Shown in pieces: positions 1 through 8,973 of a stretch of 64,000 nucleotides of DNA. How positions within the stretch are numbered: the first letter of the stretch is position 1; each line of letters starts with the position of its first letter. Source of the stretch: Candidatus Bathyarchaeota archaeon (GTDB taxonomy: Archaea > Thermoproteota > Bathyarchaeia > Bathyarchaeales > Bathycorpusculaceae); assembly GCA_963811105.1 (NCBI GenBank), contig CAWEPZ010000013.1, positions 1 through 64,000 of the forward strand. Reading direction: 5' to 3'. The position numbers and the translations under genes were made by a program. Under the pieces are notes generated by a model. The model was not told the DNA's origin and did no database searches. It worked only from the letters and a program-made list of their open reading frames with translations.

Positions 1-43
1 CCTGCTTTTCAATGAAGCCCTGGAAACTCTTAACCTTTATCAT
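1..43 (-). CDS. Possible 5' end of a gene running off the window (MIKVKSFQGFIEKQ...)
   Basis: ATG at 43 on the minus strand, preceded by GGGGC and open to the window edge; too short to identify. Confidence 0.2.
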   Translation of the reverse strand, partial: MIKVKSFQGFIEKQ

Positions 44-189
44 AAGAAGCCCCTAAATTATTAAATTCGCATGACCTAACGACCCAGATGACCGTGTGGA
101 AAAAACGTTTTAGCTAAATCCAGAGTTTTAATTTCACTAACATCCCTTTTATGGCCTCATTGGCAGTTGCCCTCAGGTTGTTCGACGTT

Positions 190-588
190 TTAAATCCAGG
201 TACGGCTGGTTTCTTTAATAACGTCAAAGTGTGGGTCGTCAGAAAGAACTCGGCCATGATTCACTATTGCAGTGGCAGCAATGATGCAGTCGCCCATGGG
301 AACATTTCGGTATTTACTTTTAAGCAGACCTGCGCACCTTGCAATTTCCGAACTTAGATCTTGGATCTGCAATCCGCTACTGATTAAGGCTTGGTAGCGG
401 CTTTCAGCCATATCTTTTCCCCGCCGCTCACAAGTGATCTGGACAATTTCGGCAACCACTATGGTTGGCATAACCCCTTCATTCTTCGCCACAAGCTCCT
501 TGAGCCTCCTCGTGGTTTTAGCCCTGACTTCGGCTACAGCTGAATAGAAGTACTCCGAAAGAAAACGCGTGTCAAGAACTTCGATCAA
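190..588 (-). CDS. vapC: PIN-domain toxin (VapC family)
   Basis: N-terminal VLDT, central E, and GDCIIAATA...LSDDPHF PIN motifs; lies directly downstream of an AbrB gene. Confidence 0.92.
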   Translation of the reverse strand: MIEVLDTRFLSEYFYSAVAEVRAKTTRRLKELVAKNEGVMPTIVVAEIVQITCERRGKDMAESRYQALISSGLQIQDLSSEIARCAGLLKSKYRNVPMGDCIIAATAIVNHGRVLSDDPHFDVIKETSRTWI

Positions 589-589
589 A

Positions 590-817
590 CTAAAACTCTG
601 CTCTTAGCCTATCAATTGACTTCTTTACCTCTTCAGGAGTGCCAAAATCCGAGTCAACACCAGCCATTTCACTAAGCCGCGGAACAAGCCTGAACAACAC
701 CCCATTTTCAGTGGCTTCCACAACAAGCTGATCGCCTTCCCTTATGCCCAGTTTTTCCCTAAACTGAGCCGGAATCGTGGTCTGCCCCTTACGCGTCACC
801 TTAACTATACACTGCAT
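590..817 (-). CDS. AbrB/MazE/SpoVT-family antitoxin (VapB-like)
   Basis: VKVTRKGQTTIPAQFREKLGIREGD is the AbrB signature; 1 nt from vapC. Confidence 0.93.
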   Translation of the reverse strand: MQCIVKVTRKGQTTIPAQFREKLGIREGDQLVVEATENGVLFRLVPRLSEMAGVDSDFGTPEEVKKSIDRLRAEF

Positions 818-925
818 TTTACTTCACCAACCAAAACAAAAACGGTACTACCCTAAATAACTTTCCTACCAAAACCAAAAGTAGCACCATCAACTTGAAC
901 TCATCACCACTCTCTGACGCGTCTG

Positions 926-1071
926 TAATCAGCACAGTTCTTTAAGTAAGGCGTCAAGGCTTATTTTTTGGCCTTTTGCAATTTCTTTTCGAGCTGCATC
1001 AAGTTCCTTTTTTTCTTCCTCCGATACCTCTTCTTCAGGCAAAAGCATTGCTCGAAGCCTCAAAAGTTCAA
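926..1071. repeat. ~146-bp direct repeat, copy 1 (copy 2 at 2516-2662)
   Basis: taatca(g/a)cacagttc...caaaagttcaa occurs twice, with about 2 substitutions and a 1-nt indel. Confidence 0.95.
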
Positions 1072-1141
1072 GATGGACACTTTCCAGTTTTTCAAGAACT
1101 AACTTTACTTCAGCGTTTTTAACTGTCACAGTCAATGCCAA
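929..1141 (-). CDS. Small archaeal antitoxin-like protein (orphan; no cognate toxin downstream)
   Basis: 70 aa with acidic EEEKKELDAARKEIAKG..ISLD tail, typical of archaeal RelE-associated antitoxins; sits in a TA cluster. Confidence 0.6.
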   Translation of the reverse strand: MALTVTVKNAEVKLVLEKLESVHLELLRLRAMLLPEEEVSEEEKKELDAARKEIAKGQKISLDALLKELC

Positions 1142-1335
1142 TCGCCCTTAATTCTTATGCAACAAATACAATTCGGAAATCTTTAGACTCTCTTCAAGCA
1201 TCCGGAAAAAAGGAAATCTACCCTATCACACAGTTTTGTGACATCTTCAACCCTTTGAAACAGGTGCCTACAAATATTTCTAAGCTAAATTATAGGCACA
1301 CTTTTTTATTACCTCACCAGAGCAAAACACTTCGG

Positions 1336-1575
1336 TCAGGCGCATTTCTCTAAGACTGTTTTCACTTCTTGAGCGATTTCTCTGGAAATCGGCAATATAG
1401 CATTTTGAGAAGCTTTCCAAATTTCTATGCCGACAAAATTATCGTCCATGTCAACATCAACATAGACGTCTTCACCTAGCATCCGTGTGTCAACAATTTT
1501 CGAATCTTTCAACTTGATGTAGAGTATGTCAGCATCGCGATCGTATTCAACTTTCACTCTATTCTTCACCCACAC
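1336..1575 (-). CDS. DUF2283-family protein (putative antitoxin)
   Basis: VEYDRDADILYIKL...VYVDVDMDDNFVGIEI matches the DUF2283 pattern. Confidence 0.9.
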   Translation of the reverse strand: MWVKNRVKVEYDRDADILYIKLKDSKIVDTRMLGEDVYVDVDMDDNFVGIEIWKASQNAILPISREIAQEVKTVLEKCA

Positions 1576-1715
1576 ATTATTCTTGAGTTTTCCTTCAACT
1601 ATGTCTGAGCAGATGATGTTATAAAAGTTGTCAAGACCCTAAACGTATCCTCTTCAAAAGCATACACTACAAGCGGATCTTTTCCATTGAGCTTTCTAAA
1701 AACAACGTAAGCTGC
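1560..1715 (-). pseudogene. 5'-truncated remnant of a DUF4258-like toxin
   Basis: Manual translation AAYVVFRKLNGKDPLVVYAFEEDTFRVLTTFITSS, then a frameshift to IVEGKLKNNVWVK; no start codon; immediately upstream of DUF2283, its usual partner. Confidence 0.55.
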
Positions 1716-2188
1716 CTACCTCTTAAGTATCTTTAAACATGATTCCGCATCTACCCAAAAGCCCCGATTAATCAGTTTTTCACCCAATCCTCAGGCTGCT
1801 CCTTCACTAACTTCAGCTCAAGTAGAACGTTCAATATAGCCAAGGTGCCCATTACTTTAATCTTCAAACGCCTTGCTGTTTTGCGAGCTCTTAAATCATC
1901 AAGCAACGCAACATCGGCATTCAACTCTAACGATACCACAATAGTTTCAGTCTCTCCCTTCCCAAGGTTAGATGACAGCAAGTTCAATAATTCATGATTA
2001 GAACCCTGCGCAACTTCAACCAACCCAGCACCTGTTAACTCATTCACCACGGTGCAAACTTCATCTCCTCTTATCTCTTCGAGAACAGAGTCAGCAACAA
2101 TTAACTTATCAAGTATCTCTCCAACTAATTTCAGATAACCAAGTTAACCTAAAGCAATTAAGACTGAACTGTCTATAGCAGCCTTCAA
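1716..2188 (-). pseudogene. DUF3368-type PIN protein, inactivated
   Basis: TTG start at 2188 (MKAAIDSSVLIALG), in-frame TAA at 2144-2146, LGKGETETI...LLDDLRAR core, and a frameshift near 1785 before NRGFWVDAESCLKILKR*. Confidence 0.85.
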
Positions 2189-2457
2189 CTACACCGCTTC
2201 TTCTTCAACAAATCTTTACCTGCAACCACTTCTTTGGTCGACTCTTCATCATCCAAATAACTATACTTAAAACCAATACTCCTAAGCACCGCCGAAAACT
2301 CTACACGAGACATACCTAAAACCTCAGCGGCCTTACCTAAAGTAATAGTTCGAGAAGCAAGAAGACCCAAAACCAACAAGAAACGCTCTTTCGACTCCCT
2401 TTCCCTAAACAAAGGAAACTCATCGATAACACTGGTCAAAGACACATCGAACACCAC
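2185..2457 (-). CDS. UPF0175-family antitoxin
   Basis: ITLGKAAEVLGMSRVEF HTH motif; its stop overlaps the start of the DUF3368 PIN gene (TTGA). Confidence 0.88.
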   Translation of the reverse strand: MVFDVSLTSVIDEFPLFRERESKERFLLVLGLLASRTITLGKAAEVLGMSRVEFSAVLRSIGFKYSYLDDEESTKEVVAGKDLLKKKRCS

Positions 2458-2515
2458 ATAAACAATTATTAAGCATAAAATTTAAACTTTCAAAACCAAA
2501 GCCACAAACAAGACA

Positions 2516-2760
2516 TAATCAACACAGTTCTCTTAAGTAAGGCGTCAAGGCTTATTTTTTGGCCTTTGGCAATTTCTTTTCGAGCTGCATCAAGTTCCTT
2601 TTTTTCTTCCTCCGATACCTCTTCTTCAGGCAAAAGCATTGCTCGAAGCCTCAAAAGTTCAAACTTCTTCAATACTCTCTAGAATGTTCTCTGCGATTTT
2701 CCCAAAACGCGGGTGCGCTGTAATAGTGTAAACAACAACTTTAGAGACACAGATCACAAA
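2516..2760 (-). pseudogene. Chimeric remnant: VapC-like N-terminal fragment joined to a duplicate 3' part of the 929-1141 antitoxin
   Basis: 2662-2760 translates as ...VVVYTITAHPRFGKIAENILESIEE (PIN N-terminus-like); 2516-2662 is repeat copy 2 with a frameshift. Confidence 0.6.
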
Positions 2761-2912
2761 AAGTCCGTTCCAATTCAAAGGAAAACTGTTTTTTGCGTGA
2801 TTAGCTGTTGCAATTGAAAGAAGCTATCCTCCAAATAGGCTAACCCGCACTTATTTGCAGGAAGGGCTTGGATGGCATTTCAAATTCAACTGGTGGGCTG
2901 GTGGGTCTAGAA

Positions 2913-3407
2913 TTATGTCTCTTTTATTTTTTCTAGTTGGGTTCGGAAGTTGGTGATTTGTTCAGGGGTTAAATTTTCCATGATCTTTTCAGTTTCTAAT
3001 ACGAATTTTCTTGCGGCGTCCACGGTTCGGCGGATTTCTGTGTGACTTAATTCATTTTCTACGTAGTATTGGGCGTCGATACGTGTCTGTTTAGCTTGAG
3101 CTATATCGTCAACCATCAACTGGCTAAGGAGTCCGTTTTGAGCAAGTAACCTTGCAACTGCTATAGTACAGTCGTGGATTTCCGATTTGACGCCTACCTT
3201 CATGAGCAACGCGTATATTGCAAAGTATCGTGCATAGTACGCAGTTGTTGTTATCCAATCAGTCTCATTGATTTTAAATGCCGCTGTCATAGTGTTCAGG
3301 GCGCTTATGGCTTTTTTGAGGTAAGCTTTGGTGAGATTAGAATTTGGTTCGATTATGCGTATGCCACGTTTCTGCTTGAAGCACCAGAACACGTTATCAT
3401 CTCTCAA
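2913..3407 (-). CDS. HEPN-domain protein
   Basis: AYYARYFAIYALL...SEIH...RIDAQY HEPN pattern; overlaps the upstream MNT gene. Confidence 0.9.
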   Translation of the reverse strand: MRDDNVFWCFKQKRGIRIIEPNSNLTKAYLKKAISALNTMTAAFKINETDWITTTAYYARYFAIYALLMKVGVKSEIHDCTIAVARLLAQNGLLSQLMVDDIAQAKQTRIDAQYYVENELSHTEIRRTVDAARKFVLETEKIMENLTPEQITNFRTQLEKIKET

Positions 3408-4017
3408 TGTATTGTCTCCAAAGCATAGTCACAAACTGATCAGGGTTGCACACGACAATGTGGTTTGCAATGACTTCTTTTATTAGAATGTCGCCTGTTC
3501 GTTGTGCTAACTCAAAGTTTTCGGGGGTCACAGTTTTTAGATTGACCTTTTTTCCGAAGGTGTCTTCGAACTTTCTTATGTAGTTTAGCTGGTTTTCTGA
3601 AAGTTTGCCTATGAATAGCAGGTCTATGTCGCTTTCCTCAGTAGCATAACCTTTTATGTAGCTCCCGAAGAGGAGAAGGGGGTTTGAAAGATCCATGTTG
3701 TTTAGGTGTTCACAAAATTTCTTTATGAGAAAATTGCTCTCTAGGTAATTTATTGTAGCAAGCTCTTCTGTTATTGTAAGGTAATGTTTAGTCAGAATGT
3801 TGTCTTTGCTTAGCCGGTACTGCTTATTTCTACCCATTTTTTCAGAATTAAGTATTTTGAGGCTTTCCAACTGTTTCAAGTAGGGTAGTAATGCAACGTG
3901 GCTCGTTCCTATGAGTTTAGCCATGGCTCGTATGTGCATAGTTGCTGTGTAATTAGTTCGGTACAACCCAAGTATTGCAAAAAAGAACCCGTTAATTTTG
4001 GTAACTTTCACTACCAT
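3397..4017 (-). CDS. wHTH-fused minimal nucleotidyltransferase (MNT) antitoxin
   Basis: N-terminal HTH (HIRAMAKLIGTSH) and LFGSYIKGYATEESDIDLL (GSx10DxD). Confidence 0.9.
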   Translation of the reverse strand: MVVKVTKINGFFFAILGLYRTNYTATMHIRAMAKLIGTSHVALLPYLKQLESLKILNSEKMGRNKQYRLSKDNILTKHYLTITEELATINYLESNFLIKKFCEHLNNMDLSNPLLLFGSYIKGYATEESDIDLLFIGKLSENQLNYIRKFEDTFGKKVNLKTVTPENFELAQRTGDILIKEVIANHIVVCNPDQFVTMLWRQYIER

Positions 4018-4020
4018 ACG

Positions 4021-4050
4021 GTAACAATTATTATCAGTTACTTTTAAAGC
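4021..4050 (-). promoter_or_regulatory. Putative TATA box plus inverted-repeat operator of the MNT-HEPN operon
   Basis: GTAAC-N11-GTTAC (4021-4041) lies between a TTTAAAA box (about 4042-4048) and the ATG at 4017. Confidence 0.4.
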
Positions 4051-4271
4051 TTACCCATAAACAAAACACTGATCAAATCCACCGCAACAAAAAATCGGTA
4101 ACCAAAAAGCTTCACCGGCAACGACCAAGCAAACCGGATATCGAGATTTCCATTTTTGTAGAACGACAAATTGAAAACTCATGAATTAGTTACGCAATTT
4201 TTTAAGCACTGACAATTCATAAAGCTTATATATTAAGAGTTAAGTAGCGAGAATATAAGACAGGTAACGAA

Positions 4272-4454
4272 ATGAAAAGTGCAGGCAGCAGAAAAAAGCG
4301 CAGCACACTCAGAATTGCCCCACTTCTACCCTTGCTCCTCATAGCCTTTGTCGCCGGCTGGATCATCTATTGGATAGGACAGACTAAAAACAGAACAACC
4401 ACTAACTCTAGCAAAACCAAGGTCACACAAATTTCACAGATTCAAAATCATTAA
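4272..4454 (+). CDS. Small hypothetical membrane protein
   Basis: Basic N-terminus, one hydrophobic helix (PLLPLLLIAFVAGWIIYWIG); TTATATA box about 45 nt upstream. Confidence 0.6.
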   Translation: MKSAGSRKKRSTLRIAPLLPLLLIAFVAGWIIYWIGQTKNRTTTNSSKTKVTQISQIQNH

Positions 4455-5052
4455 CGCAAAAACCTGAGCCAAAATCCTTAAACTCTAAAATGAAACTTGG
4501 AGCCAACACTACAAAATCCCTTCCTAACAGAAGCGGATCAGAACAAAGGGAACACTATCTATTCGTTATGACTATTCTCCTTTTCCAAACTACAGCCAGT
4601 ATATTCAGTGTAACATCTATTAAACCGTTCGCAAAATCCACCGAAAAAACCGCCTTCTCCATAATTACGACTAACTGACAGAAAAACTGCACAAAAAAAT
4701 CAGCGAAAAAACGCTTTTTAGGCTTCGACTTATGCTCAAGTTGGAAAAATTAGCAGGAAAGGCCAAAGCCTCGCGAGGTGCCTGCAGACGCGCATAATCT
4801 CAGAAGAAGAACAACTGAGGAGCCAAACCCAGCAAAAATATTTTTGAAAACTTTTCTTAGGCATGAAAAGCGATGTTTAAATCTGTAACTTGCTAGGATT
4901 TAGCAAAAAATTAGGGCAAACACTCAAAAAACTTACGAACAAATATTTAAGTTCAATCCAAAACATATTTCTAAATCACATTAATTAAAAACCCCAAACA
5001 TAATTAACTTACTTTCCAAACAGCAGTATGTTGAGGCGAACGGGAAAACTTC

Positions 5053-6639
5053 ATGAGCAAAGCGGCAGATATTGCTAAAGTTTCTGCAACAGGCAGCTTT
5101 CACTTACTTTGGGGTATGGTAATCTCTACAGTAATCTCTTCAGTGGCAACAATCTTCGTCGCACGACTCCTCGGCTCAGATCTGTATGGATTATACGGAA
5201 TAGTTTTGGTAACCCCTACGCTTATTGGAATTTTCAGGGACTGGGGAGTAACCTCCGCCATGGTACGTTACGCGGCACAATTTCGAGGCGAAAACAGAGA
5301 GAGCGAAGTCAGAAGCATATTTGCCTCGGGATTAATCTTTGAAATCGCCATGGGTTTAATATTATCGGCTCTATCTTTTGGCCTCTCAGGCTTCTTAGCC
5401 ACTAATGTGTTTCATCGTCCCGCCATTGCTCCACTTATTGAATTAGCATCCATCTCAATTTTAGCCATGGGGATAGTAAACGCCGCCACAGCAGCCTTCA
5501 CCGGCGTCGAAAAAATGGAACACAACAGCATCATGCTCATCATCCAATCAATCTTCAAAACCATCATCATGATAACCCTTGTCGTCCAAGGCCTGGGAAC
5601 TGCCGGTGCAATAACAGGCTACACCGCAGGCTACGCAATCGCAGCAACAACAGGCATCCTGCTGATGTATACAATATATCGAAAGCTTCCAAAACCAGAC
5701 ACAAAAAAACTCGAAATCAAAGCCTACATAAAATCCATGCTCACATATGGCACACCACTATCTCTCTCAACAATAATCACTGGATTTCAGGGACAATTCT
5801 ACGCCTTCCTACTACCGATATTCTACATCAGCGACAACACCACAATAGGAAACTACGGCATAGCCTCAACCTTTGTTGTACTCATCTCCTTTTTCGCAAC
5901 CCCAATTCTCACCATGCTTTTTCCAGCTTTCAGCAAGCTCGATCCTGAAAAAGATAAATATGCCCTAAAGAGCGTCTTCCAATTCTCCATAAAATACGCC
6001 TCACTAGTGGTTGTTCCCGTAGCAATGCTCGTAATGTGCCTTGCGCAACCCGCAATCGCCACGATCTTTGGCAGCAGCTACGAATCGGCACCCCTATTTC
6101 TTGCACTCCTCGCAGTCACATATGTCTACACCGCGTTTGGATCCTTGACCAATGGAAACTTTATCCTCAGCCAAGGAAAAACAACTTTCAGCCTATACCT
6201 AACTCTAATCACGGCAGCATTAGGCTTCCCAATAGGCTACTTACTAATAATGCAATTCGGAGTTATTGGCCTAATAATAACTTCCGTCACTACGAACATC
6301 CCAAGCACAATCATCGGATTATACTGGATCAAAAAACACTACGGGTTAACTGTGGACTGGAGATCATCGGCAAAAATCATCATCTCATCACTCACTGCAG
6401 CGGTGCTAACGTACTTGCTCGTGACGGCGCTCAGCTTCTCAAGTTTGGTGAACCTCATTATAGGTGTGGTTTTCTTTGTAGCAATTTTTGTAGTTGCAGC
6501 ATTGTTAACCCGAATATTAAACAAGGACGACCTGGACAGCCTGCGAGCCATGGCAAGTGGTCTTGGAATACTGGGCAAAATAGTCGACCGCATACTGAAC
6601 CTAATAGAAAAAGTAATGGATCTGCTAAAATACAATTAA
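5053..6639 (+). CDS. Oligosaccharide flippase (Wzx/MOP family)
   Basis: ARLLGSDLYG, about 14 TM helices and LFPAFSKL motif; next to a glycan locus. Confidence 0.92.
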   Translation: MSKAADIAKVSATGSFHLLWGMVISTVISSVATIFVARLLGSDLYGLYGIVLVTPTLIGIFRDWGVTSAMVRYAAQFRGENRESEVRSIFASGLIFEIAMGLILSALSFGLSGFLATNVFHRPAIAPLIELASISILAMGIVNAATAAFTGVEKMEHNSIMLIIQSIFKTIIMITLVVQGLGTAGAITGYTAGYAIAATTGILLMYTIYRKLPKPDTKKLEIKAYIKSMLTYGTPLSLSTIITGFQGQFYAFLLPIFYISDNTTIGNYGIASTFVVLISFFATPILTMLFPAFSKLDPEKDKYALKSVFQFSIKYASLVVVPVAMLVMCLAQPAIATIFGSSYESAPLFLALLAVTYVYTAFGSLTNGNFILSQGKTTFSLYLTLITAALGFPIGYLLIMQFGVIGLIITSVTTNIPSTIIGLYWIKKHYGLTVDWRSSAKIIISSLTAAVLTYLLVTALSFSSLVNLIIGVVFFVAIFVVAALLTRILNKDDLDSLRAMASGLGILGKIVDRILNLIEKVMDLLKYN

Positions 6640-6790
6640 CTTTCGAAAGCTTACGCATGTTTGGAGCCAAGTTAGAAGCCGCAACTTGATTTTGAGTAAA
6701 GCAACAGCCGATATCTTTCAAAATTCCATTAGGGCAAAGTTGGCTTGATTAGTTCTTTTTATATCTGCGATTTGCTAAGAGGTTTGTTAT

Positions 6791-7423
6791 ATGTTTGCAA
6801 TTGGTCACTTTGCTTTAGGATATATACTGGGAAAAGGCACCTCAAAGCTTGCCCAAGTCAAAGTGAACCTGCCGCTTCTGTTTGCAGCTTCTGTTCTTCC
6901 AGACGTTGATTTGATACTGCGTTTCTTGATGCATAGAGGACCAACTCACTCACTAATCATAATAACTGTGCTTATGATTCCTTTTTTTGTTGTTTATCGT
7001 AAACAAGCCATCCCATATTACGCGGCTGTGCTTTCTCACATTTTCATAGGTGATTTTTTCACCGGAGGAGCCCAGGTAATCTGGCCTCTATCAAGCAGCT
7101 CGTTTGGAGCCCTAAGCATCGAACCACTTAGCCTAACTAACGTGATTGTTGAGCTTAGCCTCTTCTCCGTAACCTTGCCGATCATGTACAAGCTGGGCGA
7201 TCTGCAAACTCTTCTAAAGCCGCACAACAAAAATTGGGTACTAATAATCCCCTTAGTTGCGACTCTAGGACCTTTGCTCACGATTGGCCGAGGCCAAGAA
7301 ACATCTCTCCCAACCCTACTCGTAATCCCCAGCCTGTTCTACGTAGGATTATTTGCTTATTCCCTACTTGTAGAACTTAAATCCAACCACAAACATGCAG
7401 GGACAGGCGATACTGGTATTTGA
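6791..7423 (+). CDS. Membrane-bound metal-dependent hydrolase (YdjM/DUF457-like)
   Basis: GH...LPDVD...HRGPTHS...SHIFIGD motifs. Confidence 0.9.
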   Translation: MFAIGHFALGYILGKGTSKLAQVKVNLPLLFAASVLPDVDLILRFLMHRGPTHSLIIITVLMIPFFVVYRKQAIPYYAAVLSHIFIGDFFTGGAQVIWPLSSSSFGALSIEPLSLTNVIVELSLFSVTLPIMYKLGDLQTLLKPHNKNWVLIIPLVATLGPLLTIGRGQETSLPTLLVIPSLFYVGLFAYSLLVELKSNHKHAGTGDTGI

Positions 7424-8185
7424 AGAAAAAACATCTATTACTGAGCTGACGCCTTATTGAGTTCTGCAATCAAGCATTTAGAGAGAAACGCGTTTTGCAA
7501 GTTTCCTGGTGCTCTTTGATTTTTGTGCAGGTGAGAGGGTTGATGCGTTGTTTATTTGTGGATGTAAGGTCATGTTGAATGAATTTTGGGTTTCACTAGT
7601 TAAGTTAGAAGGCCGTTTTTTTCGGTTAGAGGTATTTTGCGGGCGTATCCTCAAGTTCAGAATCAAACATTCGAAGGCCTCACAAATGTTGACACGTTTT
7701 GCGGATGTGGCGCCGTGTTTAGATGCTCGCCACATTGAAGAACGATGAAGGCCCAACTAATCTCTAATTATTCATTTTTATTGAAAAAAGACAAATGTAA
7801 ACAAAATAACTGCTTTAGGGTACCTTTATTCACCAATACGTCAAAATCTAATTGAGCGTCTGCGTAGAAGTTCTCGAATTTCAAATCTAGTTTGGGGCAT
7901 CACAATTTCCACTCCAACGAATTAATTTTCAGCCTTCTCAAGTTTTCTCTCAAAAAAACCGGCACTGAATCCCTATGCGAAAGAAAAACCTTGTTCTCTT
8001 AGATGCCTCATGAAGCATTATGTCCTTGGATTTTGAAGTTGGAGCAAACAAGTTACACGCACATAATTTTCATGAGCACATGTTGTACTTGAGATGTTTC
8101 AGAGATAATTAACAGGAAATTGTCTTGAGACTTAGCAAGACTTAATACTTATCCTCTAATTACTCTTGTCAAAGGTTGGCACATC

Positions 8186-8344
8186 GTGAACAAAGAAGAA
8201 AACGACCCTGAGACATTGCAGTTGCTCGATGAATTAAACTCGGAATGGGTCAAACGATGGCGCAAAGTAACAAACAAAAAGAGATCTACAAGTAATAAGC
8301 TAACGAACAAGGCCATTTTACCCAAAAAAAGAGCGCCACCATAA
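8186..8344 (+). CDS. Small basic hypothetical protein, paralogue of 8550-8738 (not in the ORF track; 52 aa)
   Basis: GTG start; MNKEENDPETLQLLDELNSEWVKRWRKVTNKKRSTSNKLTNKAILPKKRAPP aligns with the downstream ORF. Confidence 0.6.
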   Translation: MNKEENDPETLQLLDELNSEWVKRWRKVTNKKRSTSNKLTNKAILPKKRAPP

Positions 8345-8549
8345 TTCCAAACCTCAATCTTACAAAAGCTATGAACCTTCAATTATTCAATATTCAGGCA
8401 GAATAGCTTTCAGCAATTTCATTGCACCATTGGTGTTATACTTGTGACATTTCTGCTACTGCTATAAAATGTAAAACATGAAATAGTACGTGAAATCAAT
8501 AACACTTAAAAGGAAAATCTTCAAAATAAGTTAGATACGGCTACCCAAC

Positions 8550-8738
8550 ATGAAATCTGAAGAAAACGATGATGACACACTACGATTAAAAGATGAATTA
8601 AACACAGACTGGGTTAAACTATGGCGCAAAGCAACAAAGAAGAAAAGCGCCCCAAAAATAGAGCTCACAATGGGAGTTATTCCACCACAAAAAAGAGCCA
8701 CGGCAAATTTGAAGAATAAATCTAAAAAAACCTTATAG
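8550..8738 (+). CDS. Small basic hypothetical protein, tandem paralogue
   Basis: Shares EEND.. TL.L.DELN..WVK.WRK.T.KK with 8186-8344. Confidence 0.62.
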   Translation: MKSEENDDDTLRLKDELNTDWVKLWRKATKKKSAPKIELTMGVIPPQKRATANLKNKSKKTL

Positions 8739-8973
8739 AGCCTAATTATTCCATTCTCACTCAACTTAGAGAATTTGAAGTGCACGTCGAAGAAAGCAGC
8801 ATTTTTAGAGAAACAAAAAAAGGAAAAAGAGGTAGATTTAATATGTGTTTACTCATATGGTCGCTTTCTTATTGCCACCATAAATTATAGCGCCAGTACC
8901 CTTTCATGATTAATCACTGGGGATAAAAATAAAGCCTAAAAAAATTTTCTGCTTAGAGACCATTCTCAATTAT

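Noticed and set aside
2490-2672. 60-aa ORF as an intact second antitoxin
   Set aside because: Lacks the N-terminal third, has a frameshifted end and is fused to a PIN fragment; treated as a remnant.
7478-7756. Overlapping 79-aa and 92-aa ORFs on opposite strands
   Set aside because: No motifs, weak starts and no supporting context.
8149-8785. Minus-strand ORFs 8149-8382 and 8531-8785 that resemble each other
   Set aside because: Antisense to the plus-strand paralogue pair, where start, W residues and charge pattern are better conserved.
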